Assembly (NCBI GenBank): GCA_965207455.1 | Contig: CBDBMJ010000003.1 | Coordinates: 224,001-288,000 of the forward strand | Direction: 5' to 3' | Length of the DNA stretch: 64,000 nt | From: Bdellovibrionota bacterium | Lineage (GTDB): Bacteria; Bdellovibrionota; UBA1018; CAIPTA01; JAALKR01 | Shown here: in pieces, positions 1-9,307 of the stretch | How the letters are laid out: each line of letters begins with the position of its first letter | Position numbering within the stretch: position 1 is the first letter of the stretch | Notes under the pieces: generated by a model | Databases searched by the model: none | Told to the model about the DNA's origin: nothing | The model's input: the letters and a program-made list of their open reading frames with translations, nothing else | Position numbers and translations under genes: made by a program

Positions 1-378
1 GGGGAGCTTGGAACGTACGACAAAATTCATCTCGCCTCCCACATTGCCATGGACGCTGGGGCTGATTTTATTAAAACGTCCACGGGAAAAATACCTTCTG
101 CGGCCTCCATGCCCGTTACGTTAGTAATGTTATTAGCTATCCGGGACCACTACGAAAGAACGGGGAAAAAAATAGGAATGAAGCCTGCTGGTGGTATTCG
201 TACTGCCAAGCAAGCTCTCCATTACTTGTGTATGGTGAAGGAGACCTTAGGGCCTCAGTGGCTTTCTCCCAGCTTATTTCGTTTTGGTGCCAGCAGTTTG
301 CTTAATGATTTATTGAAACAAATATATAAGCAAAAGACAGGACGCTATTACTATGGCAAGGCTTTTTCTTCCGACTAA
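1..378 (+). CDS. deoC: Deoxyribose-phosphate aldolase, 5'-truncated by the window edge
   Basis: Frame open from base 1 (GELGTYDKIHLASHIAMDAGADFIKTSTGK); DeoC motifs GADFIKTSTG, MKPAGGIR and RFGASSL. Confidence 0.93.
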   Translation, partial: GELGTYDKIHLASHIAMDAGADFIKTSTGKIPSAASMPVTLVMLLAIRDHYERTGKKIGMKPAGGIRTAKQALHYLCMVKETLGPQWLSPSLFRFGASSLLNDLLKQIYKQKTGRYYYGKAFSSD

Positions 379-399
379 TTTCATACAAGGGTAAAGACG

Positions 400-1872
400 A
401 TGACACAAAAAAGAGCAAGCAAAATAAAAAATTCTACTTGGGACTTTTCCTACGACCCTGCCCCCGAGTCCACCTCTATTCTACAAATTCCATCTCAGTC
501 TCAGTGCTGGATCGACGGAAAATTTGTGGATTCCTTGGGTCAGCAACATTTTTCATCTATAAACCCTGCCACGGGAGAGGTTTTAAGCCAGATACCCAAT
601 GGAAACAAAAAGGATGTGGATAGAGCGGTACAGGCAGCAAGAAAAGCTTTTCCCCGTTGGAGTGCTTGTTCGGGTAAAGAGCGAGGACGTTATTTATTTC
701 GTATTGCTCGAATGATTCAAGAGCAAGCTCGCCAGTTAGCTGTACTGGAAACGATGGATAATGGAAAGCCCATTCGGGAATCTCGTGATGTGGATATTCC
801 TCTCGCTGCTGCCCACTTTTTCTATCATGCTGGTTGGGCGGATAAGTTAGAGTATGTTTTTCCTGGAAAGAAAGTACATCCTGTGGGTGTGGCTGCTCAA
901 ATCATCCCATGGAATTTTCCTTTGTTGATGGCTGCTTGGAAAATTGCTCCTGCCCTAGCCACGGGTAATTGTGTTGTATTAAAACCTGCGGAAACCACTT
1001 CCCTAAGTGCGCTCCACTTAGCAAAAATCATACAGGAGGCGGGTCTTCCCGATGGAGTGGTGAATATTGTTACGGGAGATGGTGCCACGGGTGCTGCTCT
1101 TTGTGCCCATCCGGGGGTGGATAAAATAGCGTTCACTGGTTCCACGCAAGTGGGAAAAGAAATTGCAGGCACGATGGGGAGTGAAAAAAAGTTAACCTTA
1201 GAATTGGGTGGAAAATCAGCTCATATTATTTATGAGGATTGTGCCATTGATCAGGCAGTTGAGGGAATCATAAATGGAATTTATTTTAATCAGGGTCATG
1301 TTTGTTGTGCTGGATCTAGATTACTTGTGGAAGAGTCCATTGCTACCACGATTGTGAAAAAATTAAAGCAAAGAATGGCCCACCTTAGGGTGGGTAATCC
1401 ATTGGATAAAAATACGGACATTGGTGCCATAAATTCCAAAATGGAGTTAGATAAAATTCGTCATCTAGTGCAAGTGGGTAAGGACGAGGGTGGTGAGTAT
1501 TTTGAAGCGGCTCAGGGAGAGCTTCCTTCGAAAGGTTTTTTTCATAAGCCCTGTTTCTTTAATAATATTTCTTCTAGCGCTACGGTAAATCGCTTGGAAA
1601 TTTTTGGACCTGTGTTGGCCATATCTACTTTTCGTACACCTGAAGAGGCGATACAAAAAGCGAACGACACGCCCTACGGATTAGCTGCGGGTATTTGGTC
1701 AGAAAAAGGATCCAAGATTCATCACACGGCCAAGCACCTAAAAGCTGGTGTGGTGTGGGCCAATACTTATAATAAATTTGATCCTGCCTCTCCCTTTGGT
1801 GGCTACCATGAAAGTGGTTGGGGAAGAGAGGGCGGAAGACACGGGCTCCTGTCCTACTTGGAGGTGCAGTAA
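400..1872 (+). CDS. NAD-dependent aldehyde dehydrogenase (probable acetaldehyde dehydrogenase; ALDH16-like catalytic half)
   Basis: IIPWNFP, KPAE, FTGSTQVG, LELGGKS, catalytic Cys in NQGHVCCAGS, EIFGPV, PFGGYHESG; follows deoC. Confidence 0.93.
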   Translation: MTQKRASKIKNSTWDFSYDPAPESTSILQIPSQSQCWIDGKFVDSLGQQHFSSINPATGEVLSQIPNGNKKDVDRAVQAARKAFPRWSACSGKERGRYLFRIARMIQEQARQLAVLETMDNGKPIRESRDVDIPLAAAHFFYHAGWADKLEYVFPGKKVHPVGVAAQIIPWNFPLLMAAWKIAPALATGNCVVLKPAETTSLSALHLAKIIQEAGLPDGVVNIVTGDGATGAALCAHPGVDKIAFTGSTQVGKEIAGTMGSEKKLTLELGGKSAHIIYEDCAIDQAVEGIINGIYFNQGHVCCAGSRLLVEESIATTIVKKLKQRMAHLRVGNPLDKNTDIGAINSKMELDKIRHLVQVGKDEGGEYFEAAQGELPSKGFFHKPCFFNNISSSATVNRLEIFGPVLAISTFRTPEEAIQKANDTPYGLAAGIWSEKGSKIHHTAKHLKAGVVWANTYNKFDPASPFGGYHESGWGREGGRHGLLSYLEVQ

Positions 1873-1873
1873 G

Positions 1874-2740
1874 ATGGACAATGTAAGCAATAATGAAACG
1901 AGTGTATTAAAAACCATAAAGCTTTATATAGGTGGGGAGTTTGTCCGTACGGAATCTGGGCGAAGTTTTCCCAGTTACGACGCTAATAAAAAACTCCATG
2001 CCCACCTATGCAAGGCCTCCCGTAAGGATGTGCGTAAATCGGTGGAGTGGGCTCAAAAGTCAACCCACTCTTGGGCATCTCGCAGTGCTTACAATCGAGG
2101 GCAAATACTCTACCGAATGGCAGAGATGGCACAAAGCAAACAAAAAGAATTTATGGATATTCACTTACAATGGGGTTGTACAAAAGAAGAGGCCCGTGCC
2201 TCGGTGAATTCCATTATAGATAGTTTTGTATACTACGGAGGTTTTGCAGATAAATTCTCTCAGTTGATGGGTGGAGTGAATCCTGTGAGTGGTCCTTTTC
2301 ATAATTTTACCACGCCAGAACCCATGGGTGTGGTGGGATTATTGATGAGCGACAAGTCCAGTCCCAAGGATCAGGCGCAAGTTTGGGTGGCCCGTTTGTG
2401 CGCTTTACTTTGTTCTGGAAATACGGTGCTGGCCCTATTGCCCCCATCGATTGCGTCCCTAATAGCCCCGCTTTCTGAGGTATTTGCCACTTCGGACCTT
2501 CCCCGTGGAACTGTTAATGTGTTGACGGGAAGTGTGGAGGAATTAGCACCTGTAATGGGAGAGCACATGGAAATTCAAGCGCTGTGTATTTGTGGCAACC
2601 CAAAGAGTTTTTCCCACTTGCACACAATGGGTGTTCATAATATGAAACGGGTTGTGGAAGTAAAATCTCCTCTGCTCTCTTTAGAAAGTATTCTCTCCTT
2701 TGTGGAGTACAAAACAGTATGGCATCCCATTGGAATGTAG
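1874..2740 (+). CDS. Truncated aldehyde dehydrogenase-like protein lacking the catalytic domain (ALDH16 C-terminal-like subunit)
   Basis: ATG 1874 one base after the upstream stop; KLYIGGEF, RGQILYR, PEPMGVVG, GTVNVLTG, C-terminal EYKTVWHP; no ELGG motif or catalytic-Cys loop. Confidence 0.85.
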   Translation: MDNVSNNETSVLKTIKLYIGGEFVRTESGRSFPSYDANKKLHAHLCKASRKDVRKSVEWAQKSTHSWASRSAYNRGQILYRMAEMAQSKQKEFMDIHLQWGCTKEEARASVNSIIDSFVYYGGFADKFSQLMGGVNPVSGPFHNFTTPEPMGVVGLLMSDKSSPKDQAQVWVARLCALLCSGNTVLALLPPSIASLIAPLSEVFATSDLPRGTVNVLTGSVEELAPVMGEHMEIQALCICGNPKSFSHLHTMGVHNMKRVVEVKSPLLSLESILSFVEYKTVWHPIGM

Positions 2741-2751
2741 AAAGGAAGATA

Positions 2752-3666
2752 ATGAATAATACACCCATACTTTCTGTTGGTTCCCTCGCCTTTGATTCCA
2801 TTCAAGTTCCAGGGGATTCTGTAGAAGCGGCTCTTGGAGGATCAGCAAATTATTTTTCACTTTCGGCTAGTTTTTTTTCTCCTGTGCAAGTGGTGGGTGT
2901 TGTGGGAGAGGATTTTCCTCAAGAGCATTTACGTTATTTAGAGTCTCGAAATATCGACACGCAAGGAATTCAAGTTAAAGAAGGCAAGACCTTTCATTGG
3001 AAAGGAGAATATAAGGACGACTACAACAGTGCCATTACCCATGATACGGAACTCAATGTTTTTGGAGATTTTAATCCAGAGGTGCCTGCTCATTACGCCA
3101 AGGCCAAATATGTTTTCTTAGGTAATATTACTCCGAGTTTGCAATCTCGGGTGCTGGAGCAGGTGGAGAATCCCAGATTAATTGCACTAGACAGCATGAA
3201 CCTTTGGATCAATACCGCTAACGATGATTTGCAGGGCATACTAAAAAAAGTGAACTTACTTATCATCAATGATGGAGAGACTTGCTTGTTGGGTAAGAGT
3301 AAGAATGTTTTTACAGCGGCAGAAAAAATCATGGAGATGGGCCCTAAGTGCCTTGTTGTAAAGAGAGGTGAGTACGGTGCTTTCCTTCTTATGAACGGTG
3401 AGTATTTTGTAGCGCCGGCAGTACCTTTAAAGCAAATAAAAGACCCCACGGGGGCAGGCGATACTTTCGCAGGTGGTTTGTTAGGGTATTTAGCGTCTCA
3501 AGATTGCGACCTCAGCGACACAACTGTTCTCAAACAAGCTCTTCTATATGGAACCGTAATGGCCAGCTTTGTGGTACAGGATTTTAGTTTTCTTCGACTA
3601 AAGACGATCAGCTCAAAAGATATTCAAGCAGTCTATAAGAAAATTTCTTCCATGATTACTTTATGA
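2752..3666 (+). CDS. PfkB/ribokinase-family sugar or nucleoside kinase
   Basis: GGSANY, VVGVVGEDF, C-terminal DPTGAGDTFAGG PfkB signature; SD-like AAGGA upstream of ATG 2752. Confidence 0.9.
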   Translation: MNNTPILSVGSLAFDSIQVPGDSVEAALGGSANYFSLSASFFSPVQVVGVVGEDFPQEHLRYLESRNIDTQGIQVKEGKTFHWKGEYKDDYNSAITHDTELNVFGDFNPEVPAHYAKAKYVFLGNITPSLQSRVLEQVENPRLIALDSMNLWINTANDDLQGILKKVNLLIINDGETCLLGKSKNVFTAAEKIMEMGPKCLVVKRGEYGAFLLMNGEYFVAPAVPLKQIKDPTGAGDTFAGGLLGYLASQDCDLSDTTVLKQALLYGTVMASFVVQDFSFLRLKTISSKDIQAVYKKISSMITL

Positions 3667-4230
3667 CTCTTCTTGAAAGTGAATAACGGGCAGCGTTTTA
3701 TTGGGAAGAAATTTCTTCTCATTCATTCGAAACTCAATCTCATTATTTTTTTCAGCAATTGCCAGCGACGGAGCCTTTTTATTTTTTTGAGTCATGGCCC
3801 TTCGAGAAATCCATTGTGAGTATAGTACAGGCTTAAATGTGCTGTCTTTTTTATACTCCAAGATAGTCCAGTAGAAATCTTGGTATTGGGAAGTCCTACC
3901 TACGGCATGTGTCCAGCCCTTGAGTTCCACAAAAATTCTTCCTTTAATCCGTATTATTTTTGGCTTTACCCAGCTTCCATACTGTAGAACATTGTCAACG
4001 AACGGCTCCAGCTTTATTTTCGCTGCCCATTTAGAGGGAACAAAATAAAGTTGCATGCCATTGCTTGTTTCTCTCAATTCAATAAATTTTTTACCAACTA
4101 GGGGGACTTTATTAATTCGATGGCTTGTATTTTTCCCTTCAACGTCTGTCGTTGAGAAAGAAAAAATTAGTAGCATAAGGCAGTATTTTATATGGATTCT
4201 GCTTTTTTGGATATTTTTTCGTGCTTGCAT
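3661..4230 (-). CDS. Exported hypothetical protein; candidate immunity/partner of the upstream cell-wall hydrolase
   Basis: AGGAG 5 nt before ATG 4230; basic N-terminus followed by a hydrophobic stretch (YCLMLLIFSFS); last gene of the minus-strand array. Function is inference only. Confidence 0.6.
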   Translation of the reverse strand: MQARKNIQKSRIHIKYCLMLLIFSFSTTDVEGKNTSHRINKVPLVGKKFIELRETSNGMQLYFVPSKWAAKIKLEPFVDNVLQYGSWVKPKIIRIKGRIFVELKGWTHAVGRTSQYQDFYWTILEYKKDSTFKPVLYSQWISRRAMTQKNKKAPSLAIAEKNNEIEFRMNEKKFLPNKTLPVIHFQEES

Positions 4231-4241
4231 ATTTTCTCCTA

Positions 4242-6368
4242 TTATTTTTTCCTTTGACATTCCGCTCTCTCTTCCGCAGTCCGCGGTACTGGGCGAAAGA
4301 AAGAAACCGCTGGTTTGCTCTCTGCTATTTCAATATCACCTATATGTGTTACGGAATATTTTTCTGGTTTAGAATAACAAGCAAATCCTGGTTTTGAATC
4401 ACCATGACAAAAGAAAAAATTAAAGTCTTCTGCTAGTTTTTCTCCCTTACTTTTATAGGGGTACTTCTCCTTAAAATTCTTTGGATCACAGTAAGCTTCT
4501 CTAGATAGTTTTACGGCTAAATCCCATCGCTTTGGAGATTCTTTCTTAGGACAAAGGGTGCTACTTAAATTACCATGGTCTTTTACTTGAGGATTCCATA
4601 CGGAAAATTGATATCTTTTGGAAAGCACTCTTTCCTCTGGGGTCATATTTTCCACCCGTTCGCTTTCTCCTTTCTTTCTAGCAAAATTCCCTTTATATAT
4701 TTGTTCATAATTTCCCGGTTCTTTCCGTTTCCTAACATTATTTCTAAATACTTTATTATTCTCAAACCTTGTACGATCAGCAATGGTTCGAAGAGAGTAA
4801 ATATAATGGCCATTGGACTCACTATCACCTTCTGTTTCCACACTTCGAACCTCGCTATATATTGTTCTAGCCATGGCATCAATTGTACGCAAATCTCGGA
4901 AAGTCATTTTTTCACCAAGCCTGCATGTTAATTCAGATTCAGCAAGTTTGCTATGAATCTTATCTTTTTTCTTATCCCAATCAGCATAGACATGCCTGTC
5001 ATAAGAACTCATATTATGATTACCAATTCCATCCTTAAATTTAATACAAGCACCTGTATTATCTTTTAGAAATTCTTCGTCTTGTTCCTTCTCAGCTTGG
5101 ATCAAAGCTTGTGTTGCTTGAGCAACTCCATTATTTGACGATTTTTGTGAACATCCATATACCTCAATATAATGGAGAATTTGATCAGCCGTCAGTTTCG
5201 TGCTGAAACTATTATTCCTGGCTTGTATATTAAAATCTCCAAATTCTCTTAATTGTGCTAACTGTGCTAACTCGGACGAAGTAACTTTTACATTAAATTT
5301 TTTCAATATAGCGCAATATATGGGATTCTTTCCTTCTTCACAAGATATACCTCCTGGACTAAGTTGGGCTGCTTGTTTTTTTGTCGGTTTTTTTGCTGCT
5401 GATTTTGCTTTTAATTGCTCTAGTTCTACTGCTTGTTTTGCCGCTTGTTTCGCTGCTTGTTTTTCTTGTTTTGCTGCTTGTTCTACTGCTTGCCTTGCCT
5501 GTTTTGCTTCCTCTGACTTCAATTGTGCTAGTTTTACTGCTTCTTCCGCCAATAGCCTTTCTTCTTCTTTCTCTCTTAAATCAGCCTCTGCTTGTGCTAA
5601 TTCTGCCTCTAATTGCGCCTGTTTTGCTGCCTCTTCCGCTGCTTCTTTTGCGCTTGATCTTCTTGCTTGGCTAAACGGATCGTATTCCATGCTTTTTTGC
5701 TTTTCTTTCATTTCTGACGTCAATCGTTCTACAGTTCTTTCTATTTTATCTAATTCCAAAGATTTCTGTATGTTAATGTTCCCTAAGCTGAAATTTCCTG
5801 TCCTTTTTTTCCAGGGAGATGCCCATCCCTTTTCAAAAACGATTGTTTTTTCCTCTTCATTCCATGGCTTAAATGTCAATACTCTGTTGGTATCTCCAGA
5901 CCTGCCTAGTGAACGTGTGCCTTCAGAAATATAGTAAGGGATAGGGTTTCCGCCCTTCACTGTTGAACGTTTTAATCCTACGATACGAAGATTTTTCTTC
6001 TTGAGCTCTACCCAACCTCGCCTCTTATTTCCCCCATGCTTCATAAAAGTGGCATAAATAAAATTACGACCACGAAATCTCCGTACCACTATCTTTTGCT
6101 CTCCCCATTCATCGACAGCAATATAGCCTTCGGAAAGCTTCTCGCTAGGCTTGCAAGCAGGGCCTCCTTGAGTTGAATCGCTACACGGTTTCTTCACACA
6201 AGCTTCCAGCTCTTTTGCCGTTAATTTGGGGGAACATTGAGGGTAGTAAACAGGATTACCCACCATACTGTAACTCACATGATCAATTAGCAGGGTAGTC
6301 TCTGCTACCGTGTTAATGGTAAATAAACAAAGAGTTACAGACAAACAGGAAATAAAAACTCTCTTCAT
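4242..6368 (-). CDS. Exported modular protein: Cys-rich N-terminal region, Ala/Lys/Glu coiled-coil linker and C-terminal SleB/Hydrolase_2-like cell-wall hydrolase domain
   Basis: Signal peptide MKRVFISCLSVTLCLFTINTVA; motifs IDAMARTIYSEVRS (cf. LARTIYGEARGE) and VLSKRYQFSVWN (cf. VxxPxQFSCWN). Confidence 0.75.
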   Translation of the reverse strand: MKRVFISCLSVTLCLFTINTVAETTLLIDHVSYSMVGNPVYYPQCSPKLTAKELEACVKKPCSDSTQGGPACKPSEKLSEGYIAVDEWGEQKIVVRRFRGRNFIYATFMKHGGNKRRGWVELKKKNLRIVGLKRSTVKGGNPIPYYISEGTRSLGRSGDTNRVLTFKPWNEEEKTIVFEKGWASPWKKRTGNFSLGNINIQKSLELDKIERTVERLTSEMKEKQKSMEYDPFSQARRSSAKEAAEEAAKQAQLEAELAQAEADLREKEEERLLAEEAVKLAQLKSEEAKQARQAVEQAAKQEKQAAKQAAKQAVELEQLKAKSAAKKPTKKQAAQLSPGGISCEEGKNPIYCAILKKFNVKVTSSELAQLAQLREFGDFNIQARNNSFSTKLTADQILHYIEVYGCSQKSSNNGVAQATQALIQAEKEQDEEFLKDNTGACIKFKDGIGNHNMSSYDRHVYADWDKKKDKIHSKLAESELTCRLGEKMTFRDLRTIDAMARTIYSEVRSVETEGDSESNGHYIYSLRTIADRTRFENNKVFRNNVRKRKEPGNYEQIYKGNFARKKGESERVENMTPEERVLSKRYQFSVWNPQVKDHGNLSSTLCPKKESPKRWDLAVKLSREAYCDPKNFKEKYPYKSKGEKLAEDFNFFFCHGDSKPGFACYSKPEKYSVTHIGDIEIAESKPAVSFFRPVPRTAEERAECQRKK
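5385..5650 (-). repeat. Low-complexity AAKQ/AAEE coiled-coil repeat within the 708-aa protein
   Basis: Recurring gctgcttgtttt-like units encoding AAKQEKQAAKQAAKQA. Confidence 0.7.
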
Positions 6369-7845
6369 ATTAATAAATTGTACGCTTACCCCTTAGATAA
6401 AACAACGGGAAGATAATACAAAGGTCTGTTTTTTTGTAACAGGTATTTTTTTTCAAAGTTGATGCTATTTATTTTTATCCTCGTCTTTAATGATTATATA
6501 TCCTCTCTGATCTAGTTCCCTATCTGTACCTTTCAAAACCTCCCGAGCATTCAAAGATTTTTCCAAGGCAAGCATTGCTTCCATAGTTGTTCTAAATACA
6601 ACCAACAGTTCTCGCAAGCGGCGGGTATTCATTTTCCCTGCCTGCATGAATGAGTATACCTGTTCTTGCCTCATTATATCCTTCTCCAACATCCATATAA
6701 ATTCTAGCCTTATTCTTTCCCACATTATGCCTTTCTGTTGGGTCTGCGGGAACAAAATTCCCAATTGGAAATTTTACATTTGCTGGAAGCGGACCCCTGC
6801 CTCCCGGCTTCCATGGATCAACTTTTGCTTTCTTTACCGGAACCCTGTTTGTAGCCTCAAAAATTTCAAATGTACTGTCCGGAAAATAAATGGTTAATTT
6901 ACCAACATTAACCAATTCATTCCTATCATCATAAAGTTCACTTCTTTTTTCACCGGTCCTATCAAAAACAGCAATTACTTTTGGATCTCTTTTACTCGCT
7001 TTTTCTAGCGCAACAAGCGGAACACTAAGATCTATCCCTCCCGTTGGAGAGGGCTGTCTTTGACATCCGTTTACCTCAATATAATGGAGAATTTGATCAA
7101 CCGTCAGTTCTGCACTAATAATGCTATTCTTATTTTGCATATCAAAATCCATCAGTTTGCTAAGTGCCGGTATTTCAGCAATAGTCACTATTAGCTTAAG
7201 TTTTTCTTGCTCCAATTCCTCCTGTTCTAATTTCTTTTGTTTCATTTTCTTTAGGTTCTCAACTATCCTGTCTTTTTCCAATATGGCGCAGTATATGGGA
7301 TTCTTTCCTCCCTCACAGAATATGCTTTTTGGACTCAACGGAATTTCTTGTTTTGCTGGTAGCTTTAACTCTTTCTTACTTGTCTTCTTTTTGGGCTGTC
7401 TCCAAGGCTGACTTTTCACCAGTTCCTTTTCCAGTTGTACTGTAATTGTTTCCATTTCTTTTAATTCCAAAGATTTCTGATCGGTGATTTTTTTGTGCGT
7501 GTGGTTTCTTAACCTTTGTTCCCAAGGAGAACGATTAACTTTTTCAAAAACAATTGGTCTTTTTCCCTTATTCCATGGTTCAATCTTTAATATTTTCTTC
7601 TCTCCAGCCCCGCCTAATGGAAGCGTATTTACGGAAATATTGGAAACAATATAGTTTTTTTTTGCTGTTGGATTTTTCACTCCTATTAGACGAAGAGTTT
7701 TCTTCTTGACCTCCACCCAGCCTTTTTTCTTCTCTATGCCTCCTGTATCAGAAAAACCGGCATGAATAAATATTCTACCATCATACAATTTTCTCACTTC
7801 AAACCCCGGCGCTCCCTTTTCTTGAATAATAATATTACCTTCAGG

Positions 7846-9051
7846 GTAACTAGTGGTCTAACCACTTAATTTTTTCACTTTTCTTGGAAGCGCAGTGCCG
7901 TGGCTTGTCGCATTTTTTGAGCAATCATTAAGACATGAATCCAGTAGAACTGAGTGATAGTGACTTACTCGAAATAAATAATGTTATAAAAAAAAGCGAA
8001 AATAACAGAATAGTTGTAAGGGCCATTGCCCTAAAAATGAAATATCTAAACCATACAAATATGGGTGCGGCAGAGGTTCTGAATATAACCCCTAGGACAG
8101 TGATTAATATTTGTAGCTACTATAGTAGCGGAAGGAATAGAATCTGCTTTAAACGATGACCCAAGACCAGGGAGGCCAGTAGAAATAGATGATAGAATAA
8201 AGTCTAAAATTGTTGCAATAGTCTGCAGTGACCCACCTGAAGCTTTTGATCGCTGGACATTGGAACTCATACAAGAGCAAGTAATAAAAGATGATATCGC
8301 TGAAAAAATAAGCAAAGAAAAAATCAGAATAATGCTCCAAGAGCATGATTTAAAACCTTGGAGATATGATATGTGGTGTGTGCCCAAGTTAGATAAAGAG
8401 TTTATCAATAGAATGGAAGATATATTAGATATCTATGAGATGCCTGTAGACGATAATGATCCTATAGTGTGCATTGATGAGAAATCGATCCAGTTACTTG
8501 ATAATAAGCGAGAGGAAAGTTGTACAAAAGAAGGGTCAATTAGAAAAATTGATCATGAATACAAGAGAAATGGAGCAGCAAATATATTTATGGCGGTAGA
8601 ACCCAAGAAGGGTATTTTTCATGCCAAGGTTACCGATAATAGGACGGGAAAAGATTTCGCTAAATATCTTTCTCAAATAGAAAGGAAGTATTCAAATTCT
8701 AAAAAAATCATTTTAGTAATGGATAATTTGAATACTCACAAAGAAAAATCATTACTCGATTTCTATGGAACGGATAAGGGGAAAAAGCTCTGGAAAAGAT
8801 TTGAAGTGCACTACACGCCAAAGCACGCCAGTTGGTTAAATCAAGCTGAGATCGCAATAGGTATGTACTCACGGCAGTGTCTGGGAAAAAGAAGAATTGG
8901 ATCTATCGAAGACCTGAGAAAAAAGACAAATGGTTGGGTCAGTGCAATTAATTCTAAAGAAGTAATAATTAAATGGAAATTTAACAAGGTCGAAGCTAGG
9001 GAAAAATTCAAATATAAAGTGAAAAAATTAAGTGGTTAGACCACTAGTTAC
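7846..9051 (+). mobile_element. IS630-family insertion sequence
   Basis: Perfect terminal inverted repeats gtaactagtggtctaaccacttaattttttcacttt (7846-7881 and 9016-9051); CTAG at both ends; CCTTCAGG direct repeat at 7838-7845 and 9052-9059; DDE transposase inside. Confidence 0.93.
7935..9039 (+). pseudogene. IS630-family transposase with a +1 frameshift near 8104-8130
   Basis: HTH part from 7935, then EGIESALNDDPRPGRP...RWTL in frame with the 8260 ORF; DDE motifs CIDEK, HEYKRNG, MDNLNTH, YTPKHASWLNQAE; stop codon lies inside the right TIR. Confidence 0.88.
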
Positions 9052-9307
9052 CCTTCAGGAAGCTTCTCCCCAGCCTTACAGTTGCCGACATGTGGGTCTC
9101 CAAAAGCACCATCAAGCTGCTGTTCACATGGCCTCCCAAGACAGTCAGCCAATGCTCCTTCCTTTAAGTCAGGCGAACACTTGGGATAATAAGTAGTCTC
9201 ACCTACCACACCGTAGCTCATATAATCAAATAGACCAGCAATAGCTCTTGGATTAGCAAATAAAGCAAGAATTATAAATAAACGAATATATAAAAAACCT
9301 AGATCAA

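Noticed and set aside
1748..1873. Longer N-terminus for the second ALDH-like ORF
   Set aside because: It overlaps the upstream ALDH out of frame; ATG 1874 directly after the stop is the natural start
5200..5934. 244-aa and 97-aa plus-strand ORFs
   Set aside because: Antisense shadows of the low-complexity Ala/Lys/Glu linker of the 708-aa gene
6465..6764. 99-aa ORF as an independent (immunity) gene
   Set aside because: Its last 42 codons are the frameshifted tail of the Tlde1-like domain; the rest overlaps that domain out of frame
8100..8135. Programmed frameshift in the IS630 transposase
   Set aside because: The required shift is +1 and no slippery A-run is present at the junction; a mutation or sequencing error is more likely
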